Position numbers and translations under genes: made by a program
Notes under the pieces: generated by a model
What the model was told of the DNA's origin: nothing
Databases searched by the model: none
Seen by the model: only the letters and a program-made list of their open reading frames with translations
Source: Naegleria gruberi
Lineage: Eukaryota
NCBI GenBank assembly: GCA_000004985.1
Contig: GG738886.1
Strand: one strand, 5' to 3'
DNA length: 64,000 nt
In this document: positions 46,550 through 56,983 of the stretch, in pieces
Numbering within the stretch: position 1 is the stretch's first letter
Layout: each line of letters begins with the position of its first letter

Positions 46550-49411
46550 TTATTTCTTAGATTTAATCATAGACTTGAGTTTTTGTTCTTCAGGAGTTTC
46601 TTCAGATTTAGGTTCTTCCTTTGGAAGGTTCTTCTTTCTTTCCTTTTCTTCCTCAATGATATTTCTCTTTGGTTTTGTGAAACTGGCCAAATAATTCAAA
46701 GTGTTTTGATTTTGTTGAGTGAGATAGGAGAGTGTGGCCATCTTTTGTTGCAAAACTCTGACCAGAGATCTAAAGTTTGCTCCATGAGAAGTTCCAGTCA
46801 GTTTTCTTTGAGCTAACACTGACTTGAGCCAAACCATACAGAATTGAATTCTCGTAGAATCATTAGTTTCCCTCGAGAGGAATTGCAAAAATCTATCAAG
46901 GTAATTATCTGGAATAGATCTGACAATTAAAGGAACTGAATCAACTGGTATAGCATTGAAAACTTTGACCAAAATGGAAGGTTCGTTCAATCTGATGGAA
47001 TTGATAAAAGCTTCAGTGTAGCTTTCTTCTTCCAAAAGTTTCATGATCGATTCTGGAGTTATAGATGGATCAATATCCAATGGTTGGAATGAACCTTCCT
47101 TAGAAGCATTACTGAAAATCAAAATACCTTCATTTGGAGAAACAATGGAAAACTCGGAATTAGTTGGACTGACACAAATTCTATCAACTTGAATATTTGG
47201 TTTGAGTTCCAATTGGTTACCTGGAATTGTTTGTTCACCAATCTTTTTACTCTTATTACCACTCTTTCTTGTATCCTTTCTGTCATCTCTAATCTTCTTA
47301 ATGAGAGGATTCAACAAATCCATATCGAACATTCCTTCGAGAGACATGTTGAAACTGACAATAAATCTCTTAATCAAAACCTTTTGTTTAACATTATACA
47401 TGCAAACAAATGGTTGGAATTTACCTCCACAGAGAACATGTTGACCATCTCCAGTATATGAAATACAGGAGAAGTAATCACCATTAGGATTGGTAAACAG
47501 TGTTTGAATATCTCTCTTACAATCAATGTATCCAAGTGATTTAACGTTCAAAATATCAAAGAATTGAACTTCACCATTCATAACAACAGCTGCAAGTTCA
47601 GCACCATCAGTTGGTCTGACAGCAACATCCAAAATTTCAGATGAAAATTCTATTGGTTCAGCAGCTTGTTTAGAACCAAAAATATTCCACAGTTTACATG
47701 ATTTATCCCAAGAGCTTGAAATGAGTGTCGATTCGTTGGCAATTGTAAATTGGAGGCGAGTAACTGGAGCAGTGTGAGATTTGATAACTTCAAGTAATTG
47801 ATTTGTTTGAACGTTCCACATGTAAATGTTATAAGATGTAGAACCAGAAGCAATAACAATTTCACCACTAGGATCAACTGTTAAGCATGAAAAACCTTCA
47901 GCATCAACACTGGTAAACATTCTAAATTGTTTGTATCTGAGAACGTCAAAGGCACGAACAGTACCATCAAGACTGCTAGTATATAAGGCAGCATCTCTTG
48001 ATCCAGGAGGTCTACTGAATATCATTCCAGTTATTGGACCAGAGTGAGCATTTGGTAAATTGCAAAAACATTGATTATTCTCGGTTGAGTATACTTTGAT
48101 TGTTCCTTGATAGTCACCACTGGCTAAGAGTTGACCATTTTCATTGTAGCATGATGTTGTAATTTGTGAAGAGTGGTTGGATTGGTTATAAATAAATGTT
48201 TCACTTTCATAATCAAATACAGCAAGTTGATTTTCCTTAGAGAATGCAATCCATGTACTGTTTGGTAATGTAATATCTGTCTTGATATCTGTATCTTCAT
48301 CTTCTTCTCTAACAGTTATGGATGGTGTTGATTGATTATTCTTGACCATTTGTTCAATAGTGGAAGATGATGTTAAAAATTGAATGCCATCAATATTGTG
48401 TGGCTTTCCCAATCTGTAAATAATTTGATCATTTTCAATATCATAAATTTCAAAACATCCAGCATGACCAATTCCATAAACAAGTAAATTTGATGTTGGA
48501 TGATAACTACAACACTTGATTCTCATTTTACCATCACCTCTATTTTGCTTATTCTTCTTTGAAGCATCAGTCTTGGAAGTTAAATCAACCTTCTTAATAA
48601 TTTGCCATTGCTTCTTTGCAGAGTTAAAAGACCAGTGAAGGAAACAACCTTTAGCATCAAGTGAATAAATTTGACCTGGATTTTTCTTTCTATGTTGCTT
48701 GTTAAAAACGAAAAAGCATCCAACAATTTCATCCTTATTACCAGATAATATATGATGATTTGAGAAAAGATCCACCATTTCAACTCCACTTTGTTCTAAA
48801 TCTAATTTGTAAACATGTACAATACCATCATTGGTTCCGACTGCAATAAACTTTGAATCAATCCAATCTGCACAAGTATGACAAACAGCTTCCTTAACAT
48901 CACCCAATTTGATTGGTCTAGAAGAAGTCTGATGAAGCATTGAATTATCTTGATTGTTCATTACTGCTGATTGGAATTTGTAAATTGAACATTTAGATCC
49001 TAGGAAACAAACCAAATCCCCATTTGGTGATGGTACAACACTATCTACACGAGGTTCTAAAAACTTGTCGAATTTTGACAGAATAATTCCTTTAGGATAA
49101 CTCAACAATGTAAGTGTACCATCTTGAGAGACTGTACAAACTGCTCTATTGTTATGAAGTAAGCAAAATGATTGAATATTATACTTGTGTCCATAGAAAC
49201 TTGTTTTACTAGAATTTGAAGCAAAATCCACCGAAGTAATACGATTTCCTACAGGTGAAAGTAATTTTTGTCCGTCCAATGTAAAACATATTCTATTCTT
49301 ATTATTTGTGTCATCTTCATTCTCGGTCGTGTATACTTTACCGAGGAGAGAATTGAAATAAAAATCAGTTCCGCTCGAGACTGAAACTGCTGTTGATGTT
49401 GTTGTTAACAT
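46550..49411 (-). CDS. PWP2: Periodic tryptophan protein 2 (PWP2/UTP1), SSU-processome WD40 protein
   Basis: 953-aa single exon. N-terminus FYFNSLLGKVYTTENEDD...LDGQKLLSPVGNRITSVDF aligns to PWP2 (FSNLLGTVYRRGNLNF..DGNSVISPVGNRVTVFD). Many WD repeats. C-terminal Utp12-like domain and a basic tail. Confidence 0.75.
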   Translation of the reverse strand: MLTTTSTAVSVSSGTDFYFNSLLGKVYTTENEDDTNNKNRICFTLDGQKLLSPVGNRITSVDFASNSSKTSFYGHKYNIQSFCLLHNNRAVCTVSQDGTLTLLSYPKGIILSKFDKFLEPRVDSVVPSPNGDLVCFLGSKCSIYKFQSAVMNNQDNSMLHQTSSRPIKLGDVKEAVCHTCADWIDSKFIAVGTNDGIVHVYKLDLEQSGVEMVDLFSNHHILSGNKDEIVGCFFVFNKQHRKKNPGQIYSLDAKGCFLHWSFNSAKKQWQIIKKVDLTSKTDASKKNKQNRGDGKMRIKCCSYHPTSNLLVYGIGHAGCFEIYDIENDQIIYRLGKPHNIDGIQFLTSSSTIEQMVKNNQSTPSITVREEDEDTDIKTDITLPNSTWIAFSKENQLAVFDYESETFIYNQSNHSSQITTSCYNENGQLLASGDYQGTIKVYSTENNQCFCNLPNAHSGPITGMIFSRPPGSRDAALYTSSLDGTVRAFDVLRYKQFRMFTSVDAEGFSCLTVDPSGEIVIASGSTSYNIYMWNVQTNQLLEVIKSHTAPVTRLQFTIANESTLISSSWDKSCKLWNIFGSKQAAEPIEFSSEILDVAVRPTDGAELAAVVMNGEVQFFDILNVKSLGYIDCKRDIQTLFTNPNGDYFSCISYTGDGQHVLCGGKFQPFVCMYNVKQKVLIKRFIVSFNMSLEGMFDMDLLNPLIKKIRDDRKDTRKSGNKSKKIGEQTIPGNQLELKPNIQVDRICVSPTNSEFSIVSPNEGILIFSNASKEGSFQPLDIDPSITPESIMKLLEEESYTEAFINSIRLNEPSILVKVFNAIPVDSVPLIVRSIPDNYLDRFLQFLSRETNDSTRIQFCMVWLKSVLAQRKLTGTSHGANFRSLVRVLQQKMATLSYLTQQNQNTLNYLASFTKPKRNIIEEEKERKKNLPKEEPKSEETPEEQKLKSMIKSKK

Positions 49412-49742
49412 TTTTTTTGAACACGCAAATTTTATGTTTTTTTCAAATTATTTGAAATTGTTGAACAACAATAGATTCGATATCAGAACAGAACCACCAC
49501 ACTTGTTTCTTGAATAATGATCGTGAGAGAGAAGCAATTATCGGAGTGTTGGTTTCATGATATTGAAGAATAGATATTAAAGTTAATAAACACTTCATGA
49601 ATTTTCATATTTATTTTTGTATCATCACGTGAATATTTCATGAGTTTCTCAAAGTAGTACTAATAGGGCAATCAGCAAGTTGTTGCTACTGAAATAAATT
49701 ATATCTTCTTCTTTTAATTTTTACAATAATAATAATAATAAA

Positions 49743-49964
49743 TTATTCGTAATATAATTCAAGTCCACTTCCATCACTAATTTCATAGTCATCAATGGTA
49801 ATGTCGTCCTTCAAGACTTGATTCCACCTCTGGAATCTAATCTTTTCAGGTTTGGTACCAATTTGTGCAGCAGTTAATTTCTTCAAGTCTCCGATGGTGT
49901 CGTCTTCATTACACTTGACTCTGATCTTTTTACCTAAACGATCGTTCAATACAACTTCAATCAT
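49743..49964 (-). CDS. UBL5: Ubiquitin-like protein 5 (UBL5/Hub1)
   Basis: [73 protein letters not shown] is collinear with UBL5/Hub1 over the full 73 aa. Confidence 0.9.
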   Translation of the reverse strand: MIEVVLNDRLGKKIRVKCNEDDTIGDLKKLTAAQIGTKPEKIRFQRWNQVLKDDITIDDYEISDGSGLELYYE

Positions 49965-50081
49965 ATTTTTTTTTAAATTGTAAATTTAATTTTCAATTCT
50001 TGAACCTGTTGCAATACTATTAAATAGTAATAATAATAAATACTCTATTTAAATTGTAAAATATTATACCAATAATAATTA

Positions 50082-50717
50082 TTGATTATGATAATGGCCA
50101 ACAAAAAGTGTCATCCATCCAGACAGAAAAAAATGTTTAAAAAACAAACCTTGTGCTGCTTGCTCTTGTTAGCAACACTCTTCTTGCTCTCAACCTTCCT
50201 TTCAACTCCAATTAATTGTCAAGAACAGAGTGATGATAACTCCTCCGAATCACCATTCTCCAATCAATATGATTACTATCAAGTTTTGGGAATTTCACAA
50301 AATGCAACCACACAAGAAATCAAGGCTGCCTATAGAAAGCTCGTCATGAAGTATCATCCAGACAAACACAGAAACAAATCAATGGAAGAACAGGAAAAGA
50401 TAAATCAAACTTATCAGAAAATTGCTCAAGCCTACGAAGTACTTTCAAATCCAGAGCAAAGACAGCAATATGATGCATTCAAGGATTTTGCAGAGTCAAT
50501 TGGATTGGATGAAGCTTTCATTGAAATGTTGGTCTATCTTTTGATTGGAAGTGGATACTTATTGTTGGCTGTCATTGTTTTAATTTTGATTATTATTGTA
50601 TTGCTTGTTTCGATTAGTTGTTATTGCATTTGTAAATGTTGTTGCTGTAGAAGTAGTGGCAGTAGTGAAAAATCCAAGAGTGAAAAGAAACATTCAAAGA
50701 AGGAAAAACAACATTAA
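50082..50717 (+). CDS. J-domain protein with hydrophobic segment and cysteine-string-like motif (CSP/DNAJC5-like)
   Basis: J domain YDYYQVLGISQNATTQEIKAAYRKLVMKYHPDKH. Later a hydrophobic stretch and a Cys cluster SCYCICKCCCC, followed by a K/S-rich tail. There is also an N-terminal signal/TM-like segment. Confidence 0.55.
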   Translation: MIMIMANKKCHPSRQKKMFKKQTLCCLLLLATLFLLSTFLSTPINCQEQSDDNSSESPFSNQYDYYQVLGISQNATTQEIKAAYRKLVMKYHPDKHRNKSMEEQEKINQTYQKIAQAYEVLSNPEQRQQYDAFKDFAESIGLDEAFIEMLVYLLIGSGYLLLAVIVLILIIIVLLVSISCYCICKCCCCRSSGSSEKSKSEKKHSKKEKQH

Positions 50718-51075
50718 TTGGAATTATTATAAATTAATTTATTGGACTAAATGTAACTAAATGTATGTGGTTATTTCGAGTGCACTGATGAAGTGAGATA
50801 TCAAAAGTTATTATTACACAAAACATATGGAGAATATTACCTAATATGGCCCAAGGTTGAGGGAATCTTTCAATTCTTTGAATTGATACATTTCATGTGG
50901 AATGTTGCATTCAAATAATGATACAATTCGGAAAACCAAATTTAATTTGTAATTAGATATTTAGGTGTTTTTATTGATTCAGCAAGAACCCTTAGTTAAT
51001 GTACAGGTTTTAGGGTTGTATTATTGTTGATTTTCGTATTGTTGGTAAGAAAGTGTTGTCTTTCCTATCATTAAC

Positions 51076-51727
51076 TTATTCTTGTGGTTGTTGAGGAATA
51101 GAGACTTCATAATTCTTAATATCATCCATGGCTTGGTTTCTGTGATAATCCTTATCAATGTTTTCAGCCTTCAAGAACCTACAAAGCTTCTTATCCGTAA
51201 TACAAATGTGTGTAATCAACCAGTCAGACAAAAACATAAGAGCTTCCATCGCAAATCTAGAATTGTGAGTTTCTTCAACCTTTGATTTCAGGGAGAAGAT
51301 CTTTGAAATGAATTTTCTGTGAGTTTCCTTATGGTTGTCTTTAACGCTTGCTTCATAAGCAATACATCTGTCCATCAAGGACTCTTCTTCTTTAAAGTGG
51401 AAGTCAGTGTAGATAGCAAGTCTTTCAAAAACTTCCAGAATGAGGTCCATATCACCCATATTGATAGCGTGGTTAAGTTTGTTGATAAGGATGACTAAGA
51501 CTTTGTGTTGTTCGTCAATCATGTTAACTCCTAACTTGTATTCTTGATCACTCCAAGGAATAAGAACCTTGCCGGTAAGGAATTCGTCTAATAAAATGTT
51601 TAACAAGAATAAAAAGTAACTTCTACTTACCATCAGAGTGTGGTTGAGCACCTTTTCCTCCCTTATTCTTCTCTGTATCTTGGTCTGAAGATTGTTTATT
51701 ACCCATGCATGAAGCTGATCCGCCCAT
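51076..51727 (-). CDS. Hemerythrin-like metal-binding domain protein, N-myristoylation-type start, two exons (intron 51588..51630)
   Basis: Exon 1 (51631..51727) reads MGGSASCMGNKQSS... The 43-nt GTAAGTAG...TTATTAG intron joins to EFLTGKVLIPWSDQEYKLGVNMIDEQHKVL...YTDFHFKEEESLM...NHKETHRKF...LSDWLITHICITDKKLCRFL. This carries the full H/HxxxE/H..H/H...D hemerythrin ligand pattern. Confidence 0.7.
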
Positions 51728-52541
51728 TTTTATTATTGTTGTTTTGTTTCAAATTGTAGTTTTTTAATTTTAATTGAGAGAGAAAAACTACTGCCAACAT
51801 TTGTAACCGATTTTAGGCGGCAAACAAAATTCAACAATAAAACATAACGGCAGCCTGCATAAGTTAAGTTCCGTTATTGTGAACATTAAAGCGCGTTCAG
51901 GGCGTTTTACCTTTTTCTCCAAATAAGGCCATTTTTAGACCTGTTTTTAAGGTGGGATATTAAATATCTCCAGTGAATATCAGTAAGCTTGCCAGTTCGA
52001 GTAGCAGTATTATAATAGAATTTACAATTCATTAAGGAACTATCCAGTAAGTGTGGTTATTAATATTCGTTAAGTGATACAACTGTTAATTCACCAATGT
52101 TCAATATAATACATTGTTTGTGTCCAAACATCAAACTCTGTGGAAAACCAAAATTTGAGATCTATGTATAAGGAGCCAATAAATATCATACTCTGTGTTA
52201 AACAAAGCTAAACAATGAGTTGCTTTTTGGGTCTCCCTTAATTGGTAGGACCGATTTGCAAAAAAGGAGCTACATCAATTATAAACGTCTGATTGTTGAT
52301 GTCGTAACCTTAATATATTACTCAGTACATAGTGTAATGTTAGTGTTATTGCATTGTTGCATGAGGGAGTCGAGTTATCAATTTTGGTAGTTACGAGTTT
52401 TCTCCAAATGAAGGTTTCCTTATTTCTAAACAAGTTTTCGTCCACAACAAGTTGGAGAATTAGCTTGAATCCCATTTTAACTCAATTGAACGATAAGGCA
52501 ATCCAAGCAAAATGGTTCTGAAATGACTCTCTAATTAAACT

Positions 52542-53663
52542 TTAAATCTTTGTTTCTACCATAACCACTCTTTCATATCCAGACAAATCTTTAGCTGTTC
52601 CTAAGAATTGAAGACTTGATCTGCTATTGATAATTCTTTCTCTCAATGAATTAGCTTGGTCATAGCCAACCTCCATTACGCAATGACCATTCAGATTATA
52701 CTTGCTAGAGAGTACATTATCCACAAGTAGGTAATTGTAAAAATCAAATCCATCCAATCCTCCATCGAGTGCCATGTGTGGTTCGTGTGTTGAGACATCC
52801 TTATCAAGTTCATTTTGCACAACATTGGTTGGAATGTATGGAGGATTACTAATGATGAGATCCATCTCCAAATCCTTATGAATCCAATCATCATCTTTGA
52901 AAATGTCGTGCTGGATAAACTCTAATTCTTTCAAATCTTTTCCTGCCAATTCCATATATTTTGGAATGAGATTTTGTGCATTTAACGTGGCAACTTTTAA
53001 AGCTCCCTCACTCTTATCAATACCAAATGCCCTCACTTTTTGAAGGCCAATTTTTTCCAATTCCAATAAGAGAGTAATCAAGAGACAACCACTCCCAACT
53101 CCAATTTCCATAATTCTCAAAGGTCTATCAAGTTGAGACAAATTTGTCACACCGTTTCTTTTCAAAATGAGTGGAACAATTTGATTGAGTGTTGTTTCAA
53201 TTAATACTTCTGAATCAACTCTTGGAATTAAAACTCTTGAATCAACATTAAAATTCCTCCCAAAAAAGTCTACATTTCCAACAATATATTCCATTGGTTC
53301 ATAATTACATCTTCTCTTGATAAATTCCTGAAATTTTAAATACTCATCATTGGATACTTTTCGTTCTCGTTTTAATTGATTATATAATTCCATAGGTGTT
53401 CTTTTCAATGATGGACAAAGGGTGTGAAATAATAATTGGCGAGCTTCTCCCTCTGCATCATGTTCAATGTGTTTAAATTGAAGTGAGTTCCGAAGTTGAT
53501 TTTCTCCAAACTCCAAAGCACTTTTAACATTTACATTTGAAAGATTAGATTGATGATGGAAGTAGCGAAATGTCAAACTATTCCGAATATTTGTTAGTGG
53601 TGATGACATGGATTTAACTTGGTTGGCAATAGTGTGGTTACACCAATAAACAACTTGTTTCAT
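52542..53663 (-). CDS. HemK/PrmC-family protein-(glutamine-N5) methyltransferase-like (MTQ1/HEMK1-like)
   Basis: SAM-binding MEIGVGSGCLLITLLLE and the substrate motif DLIISNPPYIP (NPPY), with an N-terminal extension typical of organellar HemK homologues. Confidence 0.7.
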   Translation of the reverse strand: MKQVVYWCNHTIANQVKSMSSPLTNIRNSLTFRYFHHQSNLSNVNVKSALEFGENQLRNSLQFKHIEHDAEGEARQLLFHTLCPSLKRTPMELYNQLKRERKVSNDEYLKFQEFIKRRCNYEPMEYIVGNVDFFGRNFNVDSRVLIPRVDSEVLIETTLNQIVPLILKRNGVTNLSQLDRPLRIMEIGVGSGCLLITLLLELEKIGLQKVRAFGIDKSEGALKVATLNAQNLIPKYMELAGKDLKELEFIQHDIFKDDDWIHKDLEMDLIISNPPYIPTNVVQNELDKDVSTHEPHMALDGGLDGFDFYNYLLVDNVLSSKYNLNGHCVMEVGYDQANSLRERIINSRSSLQFLGTAKDLSGYERVVMVETKI

Positions 53664-53751
53664 TTTTTTTATTTTACAATTTAATTGAGATTATCTATTC
53701 ACATGAAAGATGGCAAGTTGTAAATGTGCATTGGGACGGATAACAGGCCAA

Positions 53752-54777
53752 TTACTTTCTTTCACCAAACTTGGAGTGACCTGTCTTTTTGGCGTGAAGA
53801 GTAGCCTCTTTTTCTCCCTTAATAAATTCACCACATTGAAGACATTTCAGCGTGAAAGTGGCAGTGTCAGTAAATTGATGTTGATTGTGGAGTTGTTTTA
53901 CAAGTTCAAGGGCTTTTGTAGAGGAAATGTCATCATCTGCTGGCAGGATTGTAATGTCCAATTCTTCTGGACCTTGTGGAACTGGATTAATGGCCAATGC
54001 ATCATAGTGAATACCATCATAGAGGAGAAGAATTTTCCCCTTAATTAATGGATCTCCTTCGCCATAGACATCTCTTCTATTCGATGTCACATCAAAACTG
54101 TCCACACGAATATTGTAAAATTGAGACAAGATCATAATTTCCAAACTTCCACCCCAGCTATTATCTTTCATAATCCATTCACAGTAAGCCTTTGGACTTT
54201 GTCCCAAAATTGCTTCATTGAATTGGATAGGGTCGTTCAAAATCCAATCTCTAATGACTCTTCTCAATGCAGGAGCTCTCTTCTTTTTCCTTGATTCACA
54301 TCCTTCCAAACAATATGCAAATGCATTGAAAAGACAAGAATTGTCACTGTCTATTACTCTTTTGATAACAACACTCTCAGCAATAAGTGTCGAATCATCT
54401 GTTCCAACTGAATGTGGTCTTGGAGGCACATCAGAATATGATTCAGGCTTGATAATCTTGTAGCTTGATGGAGTTATATCATCATCTTCCACTACTATTG
54501 GTTGAGAATTATTTACAATAGAGGCATATTCACTAGTCTCCTCAACAATAAGTGATTCACCAGATTTTACTCCAATATCACTCAACTTTTTTGCATTGAA
54601 TTCCGATTGATTTTGTTGGCCAGCAATTTCTTGTGGAGGAAATCCCATCTTTAATTTTTGTTTTGATGGCTCGATTTTACTCTCTTTTTGTATTTGTTGT
54701 TTGAGCCAATCAACAGTGGAGGAAAAATCAACTCCTCTTAGGGCCATCTGAGAGGCTGGTAGTCTAATTCGAATCAT
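53752..54777 (-). CDS. OTU-domain deubiquitinase OTU1/YOD1-like (UBX-like N-term, OTU, C-terminal C2H2 finger)
   Basis: N-terminal ubiquitin-like MIRIRLPASQMALRGVDFSSTVDWLKQQIQ. OTU catalytic block VIDSDNSCLFNAFAYCLEG. C-terminal LKCLQCGEFIKGEKEATLHAKKTGH zinc finger. Architecture matches YOD1/Otu1. Confidence 0.8.
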   Translation of the reverse strand: MIRIRLPASQMALRGVDFSSTVDWLKQQIQKESKIEPSKQKLKMGFPPQEIAGQQNQSEFNAKKLSDIGVKSGESLIVEETSEYASIVNNSQPIVVEDDDITPSSYKIIKPESYSDVPPRPHSVGTDDSTLIAESVVIKRVIDSDNSCLFNAFAYCLEGCESRKKKRAPALRRVIRDWILNDPIQFNEAILGQSPKAYCEWIMKDNSWGGSLEIMILSQFYNIRVDSFDVTSNRRDVYGEGDPLIKGKILLLYDGIHYDALAINPVPQGPEELDITILPADDDISSTKALELVKQLHNQHQFTDTATFTLKCLQCGEFIKGEKEATLHAKKTGHSKFGERK

Positions 54778-54882
54778 TTTTTTGTGTTTTAAAAATAGAT
54801 GATAAATCCATAAAAAGTTGCTTCTTTACAAAATATTATTCAAATTAAAGATGAACATGTGACAATTGTTTTTGAATCCTAT

Positions 54883-55857
54883 TTATTGTTTTTTCTTTTT
54901 TAATCCAATTCGCAATTCAAAATCATCAATCTCTCTCATTTGTTTGTCTGGATTAAAGAGATCTGTTTTCCGATGTTGCTCATGAATTCTTTCAATCTTT
55001 CGTTGCTCCTTTTCTTCAGCCAAAATTTCCTTTTCAAATTCCTTGTGGTCATGTAAATTTCTCAACAGTTTGACTGTACTCTTGTGACTTGAGCTGTTAC
55101 TGAAAGTTGTGACAAAGGTGGAGCTTGTTTTTGTAGAGGACAGAGTTGCAGATTTGTTACCTAACCTCGAACTTTGTGGTCTTGAACTACTTGGACGAGG
55201 TATTGTGGATCTAGGGGTTGGGGGAATGCTCATTGAACTCTCTGATTTTGTAAAGGTGAGTCTGGCACTAGAGGAAGGTGTTGGTGATCTGGAGGTTGAG
55301 GTTGGTCTTGCATAGCTTGGAGTGCTGCTGTTTTGTTGAACTGGTCTACTTTCATTGTACAATTCTCTGGCACTCTCCAAACAATCGCTCAGGGAAAATG
55401 GATGTTCAGAGTATTGATCTGCCAGAGAGTAGGGATAGTGTTTGAAATTCTTCTTTTTAAGGTTCTGATAATTTCCAAACGACGAGTAATTAGGGGAGTA
55501 AAAACCAGCCTTCTTTTCTGCTGGAATGTGTGTTATCTTCTCTAGTTGATGTTTTCTATTGGCTGATAAGGTACCAAGGAATGCAGTAAATGTTTCAGCT
55601 TGTTGATTTGATGTTGCATAGAGTTTGGAGGGAGATACTGATTGAGGAACGTGTCTTGCTTGGGTCTTCTTATGGAAAACAGTGGGAGAGGAAGATAACA
55701 CCTGTTGATAGTTTTTAGAGATATTATCTTTGCATCCGCTGGAAATATCTGTTTTTTGTCTTAGATTTGTTGTTAAACTATAGTGATAGCCTTCGGAAGC
55801 AAAAGCACTCGATTCTACATTTCTATTGAAATGTCTTGGTGATTCTACGAGAGCCAT
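54883..55857 (-). CDS. S/T/P-rich low-complexity protein (hypothetical)
   Basis: 324-aa ORF rich in Ser, Thr and Pro, with a conserved-looking N-terminal third. No domain recognised. Confidence 0.3.
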   Translation of the reverse strand: MALVESPRHFNRNVESSAFASEGYHYSLTTNLRQKTDISSGCKDNISKNYQQVLSSSPTVFHKKTQARHVPQSVSPSKLYATSNQQAETFTAFLGTLSANRKHQLEKITHIPAEKKAGFYSPNYSSFGNYQNLKKKNFKHYPYSLADQYSEHPFSLSDCLESARELYNESRPVQQNSSTPSYARPTSTSRSPTPSSSARLTFTKSESSMSIPPTPRSTIPRPSSSRPQSSRLGNKSATLSSTKTSSTFVTTFSNSSSHKSTVKLLRNLHDHKEFEKEILAEEKEQRKIERIHEQHRKTDLFNPDKQMREIDDFELRIGLKKKKQ

Positions 55858-56594
55858 TATTTACACTATTTACAGAAGAATAAATTATTGAGGTTTTTTG
55901 AGCTATTAATTACTAGAAGCACACAGGATTACTATTGTTGCTGTTGCTATTCTTGTTGTTGATTCAGCGATTGGCCTTGATTTGTGTAACGGCTAGAGAT
56001 TGAACAATCTCTATGACAGAAGCTGACTGAAACAAAAGAGTTCCAGTGGTTTGGAGTTTAAGGTTTTTTTTTTGAAAGGCCTATTCGTTCAAGCCAACGT
56101 TCCTTTTGTTGCTTCTACAAGTACATTAACCAACTCTAACTGACATCAAGATTTCATTCTTATTTATTTGAAAAAAGTAACCTTAGAGGGAAATATGCTC
56201 CAAACAAATAGTGGGTTCATTTGTTCCAACATCATGTTTCGGAAATGTCACCCCTGGCATGTGTCAATACCATTATGTAATAATATTACTACAGTAACAA
56301 CTTCATCGACAGAGCTATATCTCTGAGAATTAATATTTGGAAACCAATAGAGTTTATTGAAGTTAGCAAATAATAATAACATTGCCTCTACGGCAGTGAC
56401 GAGAAATAATCAATCAAACTTGACAATGAATGCAGCAGTGACACAAAACCCATTATCCTCTTCAAATACTCCAACCATTGTAATTCCTAATAATAATAAT
56501 AATAATATCATACAACAACAGGATCAATCATGAAAATTTAAAGTTAATAATTTGAGGTAAAAACCTTATTAAAATTTTCCAACTCGCCACGTTA

Positions 56595-56665
56595 CCGTCT
56601 CGGGAGGAATCGAACCTCCGTCAATGGATTCAAAGTCCACTATGCTACCATTACACCACGAGACG
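56595..56665 (-). tRNA. tRNA-Gln (anticodon TTG)
   Basis: Reverse complement CGTCTCGTGGTGTAATGGTAGCATAGTGGACTTTGAATCCATTGACGGAGGTTCGATTCCTCCCGAGACGG. Acceptor is 7 bp perfect. D-arm GTGTAATGGTAGCA. Anticodon loop CTTTGAA. T-arm GGAGGTTCGATTCCTCC. Closely collinear with eukaryotic tRNA-Gln(UUG). Confidence 0.8.
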
Positions 56666-56974
56666 AGCACATTTAATAACCACTTGATTATACCATAGAT
56701 AAAGAATCAAAAATGTCACTCTCAAAATATTTTTAATTTGATATAGAGGAAAGGTACGGTTTACAATTTTAAAACTTGTTTTCCATTTTGATAAATTAAA
56801 AAATATTGAAAAAAAATAGGGGAGAAACTGTGAACTCTTTCTCGATAGATATTGTATTTGGGGTTGTGATTTTTCTACTGTATGTAGATATTAATGTCTA
56901 GTATTAATGGTAAATTTTTTTAAAAGTTAGTCTGGAAGAACACGAAGAAAAAAGATGATGTTTGCGTCGACCGG

Positions 56975-56983
56975 GAATTGAAC
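56975..56983. repeat. Target-site duplication copy 1 (GAATTGAAC)
   Basis: Identical 9-mer at 57445..57453. Corresponds to tRNA-Gly positions G53-C61 (GTTCAATTC on the minus strand). Confidence 0.6.

Noticed and set aside
51780-52540. Slightly GC-richer non-coding block (GGCAGCCTGCATAAG...AAGCGCGTTCAGGGCG) between the hemerythrin-like and HemK-like genes, considered as a possible snRNA or ncRNA
   Set aside because: No match to U1/U2/U4/U5/U6 or other core RNA motifs I can recall. More likely shared promoter/UTR sequence. Left unannotated.
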